DNA of 64,000 nt, from positions 1 through 64,000 of IMG/VR virus record IMGVR_UViG_2788499831_000001; one strand, 5' to 3'. Made by a program: the position numbers and the translations under genes. Below the pieces are notes generated by a model that was not told the origin of the DNA, ran no database searches, and saw only the letters and a program-made list of their open reading frames with translations. The DNA comes from a virus. Its lineage: Duplodnaviria; Caudoviricetes. Shown here in pieces: positions 8,251 through 18,950 of the stretch (positions within the stretch are counted from its first letter, which is position 1; each line of letters starts with the position of its first letter).

Positions 8251-10746
8251 ACCGAAAAGTTCTACACCAATTGCTTCTTTCAAATCAGCATCCTGGATTT
8301 GATCTAACCATTTAACCATATCCACAAATGCTTGTTTACCTTCTTCGCCACCTTTAGCTATAGCTTTCCCCCAACCTTCTAGTTGAGAGAATATTTCTTG
8401 TACAGCTGCACTATCAGGTGGATTTTTCGCAAGCTCCAGTTTCTGTGCATTCATTTCTTTAAAAGATTCTAACTCGGCTCTATGTGATTCGCGAACTGCG
8501 TCCATTTCATCACTCAAACGCTCACTTAAGGCTTGTTTGCGATTATTGTGACTTTCTTTTAAAGATGATAAATTCGCTTGATTTACTTCTCTTAATGAAT
8601 CAAGTTGCGCTTTATTTGATTCACTAATTGCTTTTAAATTTTCTTGTTTATTTTGTTGGAAAGCTTCTTTTTGTTCTTGTTGTCGTTCTTTCAGAGCTTC
8701 CTTTTCGTTGTTTATTTGTTCTTTAACTTGCTCTTTTCGGCTATCAATCTCTGACTTCAACGCTTCTTTCTTTGCATCAGATGCTTCTTTGATACCGTCT
8801 TTTTCTTCTTTTAATCTGTCAATCTGACTTTTACGTTCTTCACGTATTTTATCAAGCTGCATTTTCTCTTCGAGATCTCGCAATGCTTTTATTGCTGCCT
8901 GACGTTCTTCTTCATTTTTTGCCTTACTTATTTTTATCTTTAAATCAGCGCGTTTCTCAGCATTTTCGCGTTCTTTAATATATTTATCCTCGGCTGCTGT
9001 CTTGGAATCTAGATAACCAATTTGATCGTCAATCGCTTTAAGACGATTGTATTTTTCCTCATCGATTAATTTCATACGTTCCATATATTCTTTATCGATG
9101 AGCTTTATTTTCTGCTCAGATGACTTTTCAAAAGCCCTAACTTCTGCTTCAAGGGACTTTTCAAGAGCTTTTTGTTGTCTATCATAATTTTTCGATGTTG
9201 CATCGTATTCAGCGCTTAGTTTTTTCTCTAAATTCTTTTGTTGATTATCGTAACTTTTAGAAACTGCATTGTATTCAGCATCAAGACTTTTGGCTAATGC
9301 ATTCTGTCTTTGACTATGGCTTTTAGAAAGTGCTTTTTCTTGATTACTAAATGAGTTAGCAAGTGCAGATTCTTGTTTCGCAAATCCTTTTTGCATCGAT
9401 GATATCTGTTCATCAGACATTTTTTCAGTATCATCCACAACATCACGAATAGCATCTTTCATAGAGGTTTTTAATCCTCGGCTCATTTCAACAGATCTAA
9501 CGCGTCCTTCTTTTAGACCATCCAATAAATTATCGATATTCCAAGATTTTTCCTTTGCTGCACTTGCCATAATACTTTGTACTTCTTGTGCCGTATAACC
9601 AACTCGTCTTAACTGCGCGCCATATTCAGCAATGATATCGAGTTGTTCTGGCGGAAATCCTATTTTTAAAAGGGAATTAACTAGCCCTAATGCTTCTTCA
9701 TTAGAAATGTTTAATTCGCTACCAATTTCATTGGTCTCTTGTATTAATTCTGTAAAATCAATCTGCGAATAAGAACTAGCGATTGTTGCTGCGCCTTGTA
9801 CTATTGCCATATTGGTAGCATCAGAGGCATCTTTATTTAATGACCATTGTCTTCGTACACCTTCCAATGCTTCCTCTGCATCGCCGCCATAGGCTGTAAC
9901 AGTTCTGACTGCATCCTCCACAGATCTCTTTGATGATTCCGGAACGTCAAAGGTTATATCAATTTTTGTTTTTAACTCTGACATATCCAAAGCCTGTCCG
10001 ATGACTTCTTGAAGTCCTACACCTGCAGCTATTCCACCTATTACGTTTTCTAACTCAACACCTAATCCCTTGACACTTTCGCCTGCTTGTTCTGCTTCTT
10101 GGGAGAGCTGGTTTAAATCACTCCTGATGTTTTGAATGGAATTACCATCATCAACAGAACGAAGAGCCTGTTGCAGCCTGCCAACATCAACTTCGGCTCC
10201 CAGCGCTTCTCTTCCGACTATCTCAATGGCCTGTTCTAGTTGTCTGCTTGATGCAGTACCGTTTTTAATTGCATTCACAAGACGATTCCCTAATGCATCC
10301 GCAAAATCATCAACACTTTTTCCTGTGGCGCTAAATAAAGTCTCTAATTGTCTCGTTGAACTTGCTGCTTTTTCTTGTTCAGCCTTTAATCCTGCAAGAC
10401 TGTTCTTGAATGTATTAAGTTGCCCTTCTGTAAATTCAATTTCACGCCTAAACGCCCGATATTGTTCTTCATTAATTGTGCCACTTTCAAATTGCGCTTG
10501 AACTTGTTGTTGAGCAGACTTTAAACTATCTAATTTTTTCGTTGTATTCTCAATTTGTTGAGTAAGCAATTGTTGCTTTTGGGCTAAAGCTTCTACATTG
10601 CCCGGGTTGAATTTTAATAGTCGTTCGACATCTTTTAACTCTTTAGATAGTTCACTACTTTGTTTGTTTACATCTTTCAATGCGTTTTGAAGACCGGTTG
10701 TTTCTCCGCCGATTTCTATCGTTATTCCTTTAATTCTTCCTGCCAT
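8251..10746 (-). CDS. tail tape measure protein, exon 1 (spliced product ~1311 aa)
   Basis: MAGRIKGITIEIGGET TMP N-terminus; long coiled coil. Confidence 0.92.
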
Positions 10747-10763
10747 GTTATCACCTCGCTTGT

Positions 10764-11000
10764 TTAGAAGTTGTTAAAGTCATCTTGTGTAGCTGTTCTT
10801 GTATTTTCTTGTTCTTTCTTCGGATTTCGTAATTCAACATACTCATCGATATAATCCAAACAATCACCTATCGTCATATCTTCTAAATCTTCTTTTGAGA
10901 GTTTGCATGAATAACAAAGAGCAAGGAATGTATCAACAGAAAAACCAGCTTTTCCATCGTTACGTCCTTGCCCTTGATCATCTTCAGTTATTTTTTTTTT
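10764..11000 (-). CDS. tail assembly chaperone -1 frameshift extension (G-T product)
   Basis: A10 slippery run before TAA; -1 frame is open (ITEDDQGQ...TQDDFNNF) to 10764. Confidence 0.75.
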   Translation of the reverse strand, partial: KKKITEDDQGQGRNDGKAGFSVDTFLALCYSCKLSKEDLEDMTIGDCLDYIDEYVELRNPKKEQENTRTATQDDFNNF

Positions 11001-11350
11001 GACTGAACAGTACTTTTAATTAAGTCCTGAATTTCAGTGATAATTTCAGCAATCGGAAATTCACCGAATGTATCAAGCCATGTTAATGGATCTTGAACCT
11101 CTTTATTTGCTGTTTTAGCGAATGCCCATACTAAGTTATAAATAACTTCAAAATCTAATTTACTTAAATCAACTTGTGAAAGGTCAATGTTATTTTGGTC
11201 ACCATCAGTTGAAATGTATGAAGAAAGTACCCCTAAACTAAGGATATCAGCAAACATATCACGTCTAAATTGCGCCTTATAGCGAATAGCTGTGCCGGCG
11301 GTACTTTTCAAAAGGACTGATTTTTCATCAATTACAATTGTTTTTTCCAT
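10988..11350 (-). CDS. tail assembly chaperone
   Basis: Between the major tail protein and TMP; ends at the slippery site. Confidence 0.8.
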   Translation of the reverse strand: MEKTIVIDEKSVLLKSTAGTAIRYKAQFRRDMFADILSLGVLSSYISTDGDQNNIDLSQVDLSKLDFEVIYNLVWAFAKTANKEVQDPLTWLDTFGEFPIAEIITEIQDLIKSTVQSKKK

Positions 11351-11354
11351 CTAG

Positions 11355-11927
11355 TTACGCCCCCACTACTTTCTCATATACTTTTGTATACCATGCATCG
11401 TAAATACCTGCTGGTGTCGTTGTCTTTGTAGAAGTTTTAACTTTAAGTGTTTCCGGATGCTGCGATGCAACGAATTTCAATTCAGTTGTATTAGGCTCCG
11501 TTTTATCACTCTTTGTAGAAGAACCAAAACCAGGACGAGAAACTGATACATTATAAAGTACATGTCGTGTCGATTTTACGTCTCCATCAAATTCAAACAT
11601 AAGGGCTATTCTTTTAATCTTTGCATTTGAAACTTCTGTAAGAACTTGATCCTCTTCATCCAAAATCTCACCTAGCACTTCAGTTCGGAATGCTTCAGTA
11701 ACATTAGCAATATTTAATGTTCCTTCGTATCCTTGGTTGCTTGATTCAGTGTAGTAGTTACTATCATCAGCCCAGAAGTCTGATTGTTCACCTTTTGGGT
11801 CTAACTTCATTTCAACTGCACCAGGCAATTTACCCGGTGTTCCGTATGTGATCTTTCCTGTTGCATCTTCAGTAATTACGCTATAATGTACTTTCTTTAG
11901 ACCAAAACTCACTTTATTTTCTGCCAT
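11355..11927 (-). CDS. major tail protein (phi13 family)
   Basis: KVSFGLKKVHY and ALMFEFDGD motifs. Confidence 0.9.
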   Translation of the reverse strand: MAENKVSFGLKKVHYSVITEDATGKITYGTPGKLPGAVEMKLDPKGEQSDFWADDSNYYTESSNQGYEGTLNIANVTEAFRTEVLGEILDEEDQVLTEVSNAKIKRIALMFEFDGDVKSTRHVLYNVSVSRPGFGSSTKSDKTEPNTTELKFVASQHPETLKVKTSTKTTTPAGIYDAWYTKVYEKVVGA

Positions 11928-12260
11928 TTATATCAACCTCGTTTCGTATATTTTTTGATACATTTTTTCAGATTCAATAACCCCTTCAATTGGCGAATCA
12001 TAAGGGATTTCGAATTCATCTAGAATCTGTTCAAGCTTTGCTTCCGCAACTAAATCTTTTTTAGTTGTGTAAAGCTCTATATTTAAATCGCTTATCTTGT
12101 GGTATACCTTGTTGTCAGCCATTAAATTAGCTGAACCGTCCGCAAGAAAGCAAATATATGGCAGCTTCGGAACTGGTTTGCCTGGTAACGCTGTGAAATG
12201 CGAATAAGCCACAGGTAAACCTGTAGCATCAAGGATTTTCTTAATTTCAATTAAGTTCAT
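11928..12260 (-). CDS. tail completion/terminator protein
   Basis: Position in the head-tail module. Confidence 0.7.
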   Translation of the reverse strand: MNLIEIKKILDATGLPVAYSHFTALPGKPVPKLPYICFLADGSANLMADNKVYHKISDLNIELYTTKKDLVAEAKLEQILDEFEIPYDSPIEGVIESEKMYQKIYETRLI

Positions 12261-12625
12261 TGTTGAATCGCCCTTTCAACCCGCTCTGAAAATTCGTTTA
12301 CTGCTTTTTCTTCAGCTGGAGCAATATGGACTATAGCTGGCACACGGCCGCCATTCACTTTGGCGTGTCCCTTCTCTAATAGGTGTGTAAGCTGAGGCTT
12401 TAATGCATTATGAACAACAAATGCATTACCTTCCTTTTTCTTGCGCCACCCCTTTGCATATTTACGTCCACCTTGGCTTTCGCTTTTAGGACTCTTTTGC
12501 TTTAATTCATCTACAAGGTCGTTAGCAACTGCTTCTTTTTCAACCTCTAACTTTTCTTCTACTTCTTTCCCATATCTTTGTAGTTCTCTAGCAATATCAT
12601 TTGCTAGACTATCGATACTAGACAC
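12257..12625 (-). CDS. HK97 gp10-family neck protein
   Basis: THLLEKGHAKVNGGRV motif. Confidence 0.85.
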   Translation of the reverse strand: MSSIDSLANDIARELQRYGKEVEEKLEVEKEAVANDLVDELKQKSPKSESQGGRKYAKGWRKKKEGNAFVVHNALKPQLTHLLEKGHAKVNGGRVPAIVHIAPAEEKAVNEFSERVERAIQQ

Positions 12626-12917
12626 CAGCCTTCACCTCACAGTAGAGTTCTATTCTTTCATCATCTCTTTCATATGTGCGGTAAATGCTGTATGTCTTGT
12701 TGTTATACTGTATTTTTTGTTCTTCTTGATAATCTAATGAATAAACAATTAATACACATTTTGGTTTAAAACCATTTTGACCAGCTTGAAAGAATTCATT
12801 TTGTGAAATACTCTTTTTCTCACAAAATACTTGTCTTGTGAACCCTTCTATAACTTCTACTTGTCCCAAATCATCTGTAGTAGTAGTTAAAACTGGAAAG
12901 AATAAAATATCATTCAT
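12618..12917 (-). CDS. head closure protein
   Basis: Synteny; SPP1 gp16-like size. Confidence 0.75.
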   Translation of the reverse strand: MNDILFFPVLTTTTDDLGQVEVIEGFTRQVFCEKKSISQNEFFQAGQNGFKPKCVLIVYSLDYQEEQKIQYNNKTYSIYRTYERDDERIELYCEVKAGV

Positions 12918-13186
12918 TTGTAATCACCCGCTAAAGTGAGATGATTCTTAAGCATGTTATACGATAATTGGAATCGTTCTGCTTCCTTAGCATCAGCAAT
13001 AAAATTAGCTTTTGTATACATAATTATTGCTCGTTTTATTAGTGGATCTGTATCATCATTTGATTTGAAACCAGAAACACCAGATAACTTTAAATCAGTT
13101 CGAGCCGCTTCAATCAAATCATCAATTTCATCATCTAAAGCATTATGCGAAACACGCAATGCCTTCTTTACCACTTCAAGTATCAT
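12914..13186 (-). CDS. head-tail connector protein
   Basis: VKKALRV...DDEIDDLIEAA motif. Confidence 0.85.
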   Translation of the reverse strand: MILEVVKKALRVSHNALDDEIDDLIEAARTDLKLSGVSGFKSNDDTDPLIKRAIIMYTKANFIADAKEAERFQLSYNMLKNHLTLAGDYK

Positions 13187-13188
13187 GT

Positions 13189-13479
13189 TTATTCACCAAC
13201 TGGTTCGAGTTCTTTTAACGCTTTAAGTGCTGCTTCTTTTCCTTTAACCTTTTCCCCATTAGGAAGCTCGTAATATCCTCCGCCAACGTGGACAATTTCA
13301 GGGACAATAGGTTTATAATCACCAATTGGCTCAGTTTCTAAGAATCCTTCTTTTTGTAGGAATTCTACTCTTTCTTGATCATCGGTTTTATATGATTCTC
13401 CGACACTATAATGCACATAGGAGAACTTATCACGGAATGCTGTAATTACTTTAAATTCTTGCATTTTCTTTTCAGACAT
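13189..13479 (-). CDS. hypothetical head-associated protein
   Basis: Follows the major capsid gene. Confidence 0.6.
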   Translation of the reverse strand: MSEKKMQEFKVITAFRDKFSYVHYSVGESYKTDDQERVEFLQKEGFLETEPIGDYKPIVPEIVHVGGGYYELPNGEKVKGKEAALKALKELEPVGE

Positions 13480-13515
13480 AAAAATACCTCCTTATTTCAA
13501 ATGAAAAAGCGGCTA

Positions 13516-14682
13516 TTAAACAGTAGCCGCTTTCTTAACACGTAAGAATCCATTTTTAGAAATTACGTTACCACCAGCAAACACTGAACCTCTATGAGCA
13601 ATCATACCTTGCTTAAATTTGAAGTCAGTTGAACGTTGTACGTCCATATCAGAGAAAATAGTAAGCTGGTAGTTTGATAATGGACCATAAGCCATATTGA
13701 ATTGACCATCTGTTGTTGCTGCATCAGATACCGCTTTACACGCACTGTTGATAATAAATGGTACACCATCAATTGTCCCAGAGTTACCATTGGATACAAC
13801 ATTGTAAACCTTTTTACCATCATCTGTACGAAGTTTAGCGAATGCTTTTAAATCTTTTTTATTTAAGATTAATAACGCTGCATCTTCAACATCCTCATCG
13901 CCACCATAGCTGTAGATAATTTCATCTAATGTAGAATCGTCGATTTTAGAAATTGCTAAGTCTGTTGTTGGATCAATAGCTTTCGCCGCATCTGAGAAGA
14001 TACCTACCAGACGATTTGTTGCTCCTGTTCCAATTAAAATTTCACGAGTGATTTTCTTACGAGTTGCAACAGTAATACCTTTCATTACTTCAGAATCATA
14101 ATCAGCTGCTGGTAATTTTTGAAGTTCTTCAGTGTCTTCAGAATAAGCAGTGATTTTAGCTTTTGTAATATCAGCATATCCAAACTGAGTATCAGCCGTA
14201 GTATAATCGCCACTTTCAGTTGAATAATCCCCTTCACCATAGCTTTTAATGTATGGTTGTTGGTAGCTCTCTCCACCTCTTAATGTTTTTGTTAACACAC
14301 GATCAATTAGTGTAGAAACTTCATTAAATGTAGGTCGAATATCTGAAGCGCTATGTTTTGGTAGTACTACATTTCCACTTCCTACAGTCACAGCACGATT
14401 TTCCATTAATGCTTGTCCACGCTTTTCTGAAGCTTCTAACTCTACATCTGGTTGAGGTAGCTCATTGTTAAACGTTTCAACTACTGTACGCGTTTCTGGT
14501 TCAGCGTTGTTATTAATAACCTCCGCTTCTTTCAGTAAACGTTGACGAGTTTCGATTTGTTTTTGCGCTTCGTCAAGTTCACGTAATTCAGTTTCAAATG
14601 CTGCTAAATCTACATCTTGATCACCTTGTAGTAAAGTGCGAATTTCTGCTTTTCTAGCTAAAATTTCTTGTAATGTTTTCAA
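13516..14682 (-). CDS. major capsid protein (HK97 fold, with delta domain)
   Basis: Coiled-coil N-terminus; IDGVPFI and YGPLSNY motifs. Confidence 0.92.
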   Translation of the reverse strand: MKTLQEILARKAEIRTLLQGDQDVDLAAFETELRELDEAQKQIETRQRLLKEAEVINNNAEPETRTVVETFNNELPQPDVELEASEKRGQALMENRAVTVGSGNVVLPKHSASDIRPTFNEVSTLIDRVLTKTLRGGESYQQPYIKSYGEGDYSTESGDYTTADTQFGYADITKAKITAYSEDTEELQKLPAADYDSEVMKGITVATRKKITREILIGTGATNRLVGIFSDAAKAIDPTTDLAISKIDDSTLDEIIYSYGGDEDVEDAALLILNKKDLKAFAKLRTDDGKKVYNVVSNGNSGTIDGVPFIINSACKAVSDAATTDGQFNMAYGPLSNYQLTIFSDMDVQRSTDFKFKQGMIAHRGSVFAGGNVISKNGFLRVKKAATV

Positions 14683-14695
14683 ATAAATCTCTCCC

Positions 14696-15280
14696 TTATA
14701 AATAAGTTTTTAAAATCAGTTTTTTTCGTAAGTCTTTTTGATGACGTTCATCTACAAATTGTTTATATGGATCGTGACTTCTGGCTGAGACTTGAGAATC
14801 TGGATAAGCTGGAAATGCAACAGGGCTAATTTCAACTAATTTTGCCTTTGTAACACTACGCACAATATTATCTGGGTCAGATTCATCCCATTCTTCTTTT
14901 GCCATTTGGAAACCAAAAGAAACGCCGTCAACATCACCGCGTTTAATCGTTTTATATGTGTTATCACCAAGTGTCGTATCTGCCAAGTCTAATTCAAATC
15001 GAAGTCCTATTTCATCTTCAAATAACCTAAGAGTCCCATTCTTAGTTCTACCTAGAACTTGAGAATAATCGTGGCTCCATAATGCTAATTGGTCATCTTG
15101 TGTTAAAGAATCTGTAAATGCACCACGTTTAAATTGTTCTTTAAATCGTCTCCAATAACCCATTGTCACAGACTTCATTTCCCATTTAACTGCATATCCA
15201 ACGATTGTTCGAAGACCGCCTTCAACTTCTCTAATTTCAAGAGTACTACTCAGTAGCTCCCTCTTTTCCGTTTGGTTCAT
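14696..15280 (-). CDS. HK97-family prohead protease
   Basis: FKEQFKRGAF, GVSFGF and EISPVAFPAY motifs; start at ATG 15280. Confidence 0.92.
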   Translation of the reverse strand: MNQTEKRELLSSTLEIREVEGGLRTIVGYAVKWEMKSVTMGYWRRFKEQFKRGAFTDSLTQDDQLALWSHDYSQVLGRTKNGTLRLFEDEIGLRFELDLADTTLGDNTYKTIKRGDVDGVSFGFQMAKEEWDESDPDNIVRSVTKAKLVEISPVAFPAYPDSQVSARSHDPYKQFVDERHQKDLRKKLILKTYL

Positions 15281-16466
15281 TATTATCACCTCCTTCATCA
15301 GTAACATTTCCTTCCTTAACTAAGGCTGTATCTAATCTTCTTATCGGCTCAGACCCACCTTCAATTGGGCCAAGTGAAAGAATCGCTCTCCATTCATTCG
15401 GTGTTAATGAACCTCTATCAACCATTTGAACAAGGTCCATCTTTGTTTTCATTGAAGCGTATTGAAGGGAAGAAGATTCAAAGATAATTTTATTTCCAAA
15501 TCCTCTTTCTTTACGCGAAAAAAGCTTCCTGGTGAATTCTCCAGCAAGCTGCATCGCTAATGGTTCTATCTCTGATTCGTAATACGCATTCCATTCATCT
15601 TCGTTGTATTTACTTTGAATGATTTTTTCATTTGTATTAAAAAAGTTATAAATACGCTGAACTGTTTCTTGCATTTGTTTTGAATCTGGAACAAACGCTT
15701 CAGGTTTAACTTGTTCTAAATCATATCGTGGATCAGAAGAAGCTGCGCCACCGTCATTTGCGATATTTAAATAGTTATTAACAAAGTTTTTAACCTGCAT
15801 ATCGATATCTTCTTGTTTCAATACCGATTTAAACTTAAGAATCCACTTTACTACAGCGCTGTTTTTAATTGCTTTTACAATACCTTGGTCAGTAGTCGTT
15901 ACAATTTCCATCAATTGCGACAGTGCTTTACCAGGATGTTCACCAAAGAAGTCATTTTCATTAAAATCTTTACGTAAATGAATTACATCAGTATATGGAA
16001 CAGTCATTTGTTTTCCATTTCTAAAATAAAACTTTAAAAAGATATCTCCATATGTTCCTTCAACAACTTCAACTGTTGTGCAAGGTATAGGATATATTTC
16101 AGATGCATAGCCCAAGTCGTCTCGTTTAATATAAGCGAAGGCATTATGATTCAATTCTAATTGATTTGTCATTTTCTCTTGAAACATTTGACCCGTCATC
16201 AATGGATTGGGCTCTTCTAATAAAAACCTGATGTATGGCTCTGGATTAACTTTGAACTCGGTTTTATTATCCCTGATGTGCTTGGAAACTAATTTACCAA
16301 CAGCCTTAGCTTTCGGTCGTATACATGCGCGAATTATATCACTCTGATAAATATCTCCACTCCAAGAAAAAAAGCCGCCACCTGTATCACTAATCATTTC
16401 ATAACGGTTATAACTTTTAGTAGTTTGAGCTTGCTTTTTTCCAAATATCTTATCGAATAATCCCAA
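15246..16466 (-). CDS. portal protein (HK97 family)
   Basis: PNPLMT, VIHLR and LTPNEWR motifs. Confidence 0.92.
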   Translation of the reverse strand: MGLFDKIFGKKQAQTTKSYNRYEMISDTGGGFFSWSGDIYQSDIIRACIRPKAKAVGKLVSKHIRDNKTEFKVNPEPYIRFLLEEPNPLMTGQMFQEKMTNQLELNHNAFAYIKRDDLGYASEIYPIPCTTVEVVEGTYGDIFLKFYFRNGKQMTVPYTDVIHLRKDFNENDFFGEHPGKALSQLMEIVTTTDQGIVKAIKNSAVVKWILKFKSVLKQEDIDMQVKNFVNNYLNIANDGGAASSDPRYDLEQVKPEAFVPDSKQMQETVQRIYNFFNTNEKIIQSKYNEDEWNAYYESEIEPLAMQLAGEFTRKLFSRKERGFGNKIIFESSSLQYASMKTKMDLVQMVDRGSLTPNEWRAILSLGPIEGGSEPIRRLDTALVKEGNVTDEGGDNNEPNGKEGATE

Positions 16467-16481
16467 TTTCTCACCTCCTTC

Positions 16482-18167
16482 TTAAATCATGTTGAGATAA
16501 TCATTCCTCTTATCTTGAAGGACTACATAAGCGTTTAAAAGTGCCGCTGTTCCGTCAATACGACGACGTTGATTCTTCGTTTTATTCGGTTGGATGTTTA
16601 AATTTTTATCAATATCGATCGCGGTATTTGAAAGGCACCATTTATCGATTGGATTGTTGTTATAATTCACCTTTTTTGATTCCAAGTCAGCTCCTAATAA
16701 TTTCATCGGACTAGAGAGTGTTTGTTTACCTTGTGCAACTGGAACCATAGCTTCTTTACCAAAATAGCCTTCCATTTCTTCAACCCAATACTTCGCTGAC
16801 CATCTATCGTAACCAATCCAAGGAAGATAAATGCCGTATTCATCTCTAATTTCTAAAAACCATTCAGTAACATACTTATAATGAACTGAATTTCCTGGAG
16901 TAGTTCTTAAAAGGTCTTGTTCATACCACAAATCGTAAGGTATTTTATCTTCTTTACTTCTTTGTTCTAATAAATCTTCAGGCAACCAGTACATTTGCTT
17001 CACGTATATGTTCTTGTCATCCGGAAGCATAAAAATAACCTTCGCTGCGGTAAGGTCGGTTGTAGAAGATAAATCACAACCACCAATTCCATACGAAGGT
17101 TTTAGTGCGCTAATATCAAATTTAGCGACATTATTTAATTGTTCAAAGGTTAACCACGCTTCAGTTGATGTCTCTCTTATATTGAAATCTTTTGTAAGTA
17201 AGTTTTTAACAAGCATAGCATTTGCTTTCGCTTTTTCAACTTTACTTCTTAATTGATCTAAATTTTTGATTGTACCTAATCCTGGATTCGCTTTTTTCCA
17301 GCAAGACTCTTCTGTCCACTCTTCGCGTTTATCCAATTCATAAATAATAGGAAGAACTCGTTCATCTTTATAACCATCTGGATCTTCATAACCATTGATA
17401 ATACGTTCAGCTTCTTCATATTTAATATCAAAAATACCTTCTCGAACCGTACCGGCAGTCGTTGTAATAATTGATATTGGTTGTTCACGAGCCGTCATAC
17501 CATCAACAATAACGTCATAAAGATTCTTGTCTTCAATAGCATGTAGTTCATCTATTAATGAACAATGCACGTTAAGTCCATCAAGTGTATTTGAATCACT
17601 TGAAAGGGGTTTGAAAGAACCATCGTTAAAATCTGAAATCATTTCAGCTACTAACGTACGAATTCTTTTAGAAAGGATTGGCGATTTTTTCACCATTCTC
17701 TTTGCTTCAGACCAAATAATCTTAGCCTGATCCTTTTTAGTTGCTGCCGATACGATTTCGGGTCCTGGTTCATTATCAGCAACCATTAAATAAAGAGCGA
17801 TTGCAGAACCCCAAGCTGATTTACCATTTTTTCGGGCAACAATTAACATAAACTCACGGTATTTTCTTATACCATCTATTTTATGAACAAAACCAAATAA
17901 AGCGGCCGTCATAGCTTTTTGCCATAGTTCTAATAAAAATGGTTTTCCACCCATTTTACCTTTACTATGTTTGCAAAAATTCTCAACAAATTCTATAGCA
18001 TGATTCGCTCGGTTAGCGTTATATTCCCATTCGCTTTTGGTACTTCCTATATCAGTAACGAGTTTCTTATAAACTCGCCTAACTTTATCCGATACTATTT
18101 CTTGTCTATTTTTTATTTTGTACCAGTATTCTAGAATCGGATTATAAGATAAAGGATATTCAATCAC
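16482..18167 (-). CDS. terL: terminase large subunit
   Basis: VARKNGKS Walker A, LIDELH Walker B, RIDGTAA nuclease motif. Confidence 0.95.
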   Translation of the reverse strand: MIEYPLSYNPILEYWYKIKNRQEIVSDKVRRVYKKLVTDIGSTKSEWEYNANRANHAIEFVENFCKHSKGKMGGKPFLLELWQKAMTAALFGFVHKIDGIRKYREFMLIVARKNGKSAWGSAIALYLMVADNEPGPEIVSAATKKDQAKIIWSEAKRMVKKSPILSKRIRTLVAEMISDFNDGSFKPLSSDSNTLDGLNVHCSLIDELHAIEDKNLYDVIVDGMTAREQPISIITTTAGTVREGIFDIKYEEAERIINGYEDPDGYKDERVLPIIYELDKREEWTEESCWKKANPGLGTIKNLDQLRSKVEKAKANAMLVKNLLTKDFNIRETSTEAWLTFEQLNNVAKFDISALKPSYGIGGCDLSSTTDLTAAKVIFMLPDDKNIYVKQMYWLPEDLLEQRSKEDKIPYDLWYEQDLLRTTPGNSVHYKYVTEWFLEIRDEYGIYLPWIGYDRWSAKYWVEEMEGYFGKEAMVPVAQGKQTLSSPMKLLGADLESKKVNYNNNPIDKWCLSNTAIDIDKNLNIQPNKTKNQRRRIDGTAALLNAYVVLQDKRNDYLNMI

Positions 18168-18543
18168 GTTTATTCACGAATGATTCAAATCCATCATCTT
18201 TCTTTTTAGGTTCTGGTGGAATCTTAGGAACATAATCGCCGAGTTGTTTCATGATAGATTGATAATTTTTATTCATCGATATATAACGTCGAGCTTGTGG
18301 ACGTTCTCGCTCATATGGATCTTGATTCTCTGATTGCGAGAACATTTCATCATACCCATTCTCATCAAGATCTTTTCGAATATCTTCTAATCGTACACGC
18401 AAGTCTGCAGCTTCAACAATTAACCCCTCCACAACCAAGAGGGTATCTTTTGGCATCTCTTTATAAATCCGTTTAAGTCTGTTTACTTCCTTCTTAACTC
18501 GTTCTTCTTTTGTTAATTCTTTCTTTATCGCCATCAATAACAC
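18160..18543 (-). CDS. terS: terminase small subunit
   Basis: Directly upstream of and overlapping terL; typical size. Confidence 0.8.
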   Translation of the reverse strand: MLLMAIKKELTKEERVKKEVNRLKRIYKEMPKDTLLVVEGLIVEAADLRVRLEDIRKDLDENGYDEMFSQSENQDPYERERPQARRYISMNKNYQSIMKQLGDYVPKIPPEPKKKDDGFESFVNKRD

Positions 18544-18554
18544 CTCACTTCATT

Positions 18555-18660
18555 TGTATTGGGGTAGGGGGGTCACGCGAAATGACCTGTGTGTTATACG
18601 AAGCTCCCCTCTCGGTCCCCCTATGCCCTTTGCTTTATTTTTTTATAGGGGGGATTGTTT
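18555..18660. other. probable cos packaging region
   Basis: GC-rich G/C-run segment (tcccccta...ataggggg) just upstream of terS, the usual cos position in HNH-terminase phages. Confidence 0.5.
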
Positions 18661-18785
18661 CATTTTCAAAACTTCATGCTTTACTTCTAATACATCTTTA
18701 GATGGAACCTTTTCTTCATATGCTAAATTTGCTTCAGGACTTGATATTACCCAATTACGGCAACCAAATTTGTTCTCTTCACTCA

Positions 18786-18950
18786 TTACCTCACTCCTTT
18801 TAATTTCGATCTATCAATCACCCATGTCTTACCTATCTTCTTTGCTACAATCTTTCCTTCTGCACACAAATTCTTTACATGACCAGAAGATACATTAAGA
18901 ATAATCGCAGCATCATTTACACCAATTGTATTATGGAAGAAAGCATTCAT
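18786..18950 (-). CDS. 54-aa excisionase-like HTH protein (not in ORF track)
   Basis: MNAFFHNTIGVNDAAIILNVSSGHVKNLCAEGKIVAKKIGKTWVID; resembles the N-terminus of 50456..50860. Confidence 0.7.
   Translation of the reverse strand: MNAFFHNTIGVNDAAIILNVSSGHVKNLCAEGKIVAKKIGKTWVIDRSKLKGVR

Noticed and set aside
8107-8307. 66-aa ORF over the intron as a homing endonuclease
   Set aside because: It is antisense to the intron, too short and has no nuclease motif.
8340-9450. Highly charged coiled-coil block in TMP exon 1 as an intein or insertion element
   Set aside because: No intein N- or C-terminal splicing motifs; consistent with ordinary tape-measure heptad repeats.
6582-10746. Tape-measure gene as a split pseudogene
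   Set aside because: The gap has full group I intron pairings, and precise removal restores the conserved LFGTxWED motif.
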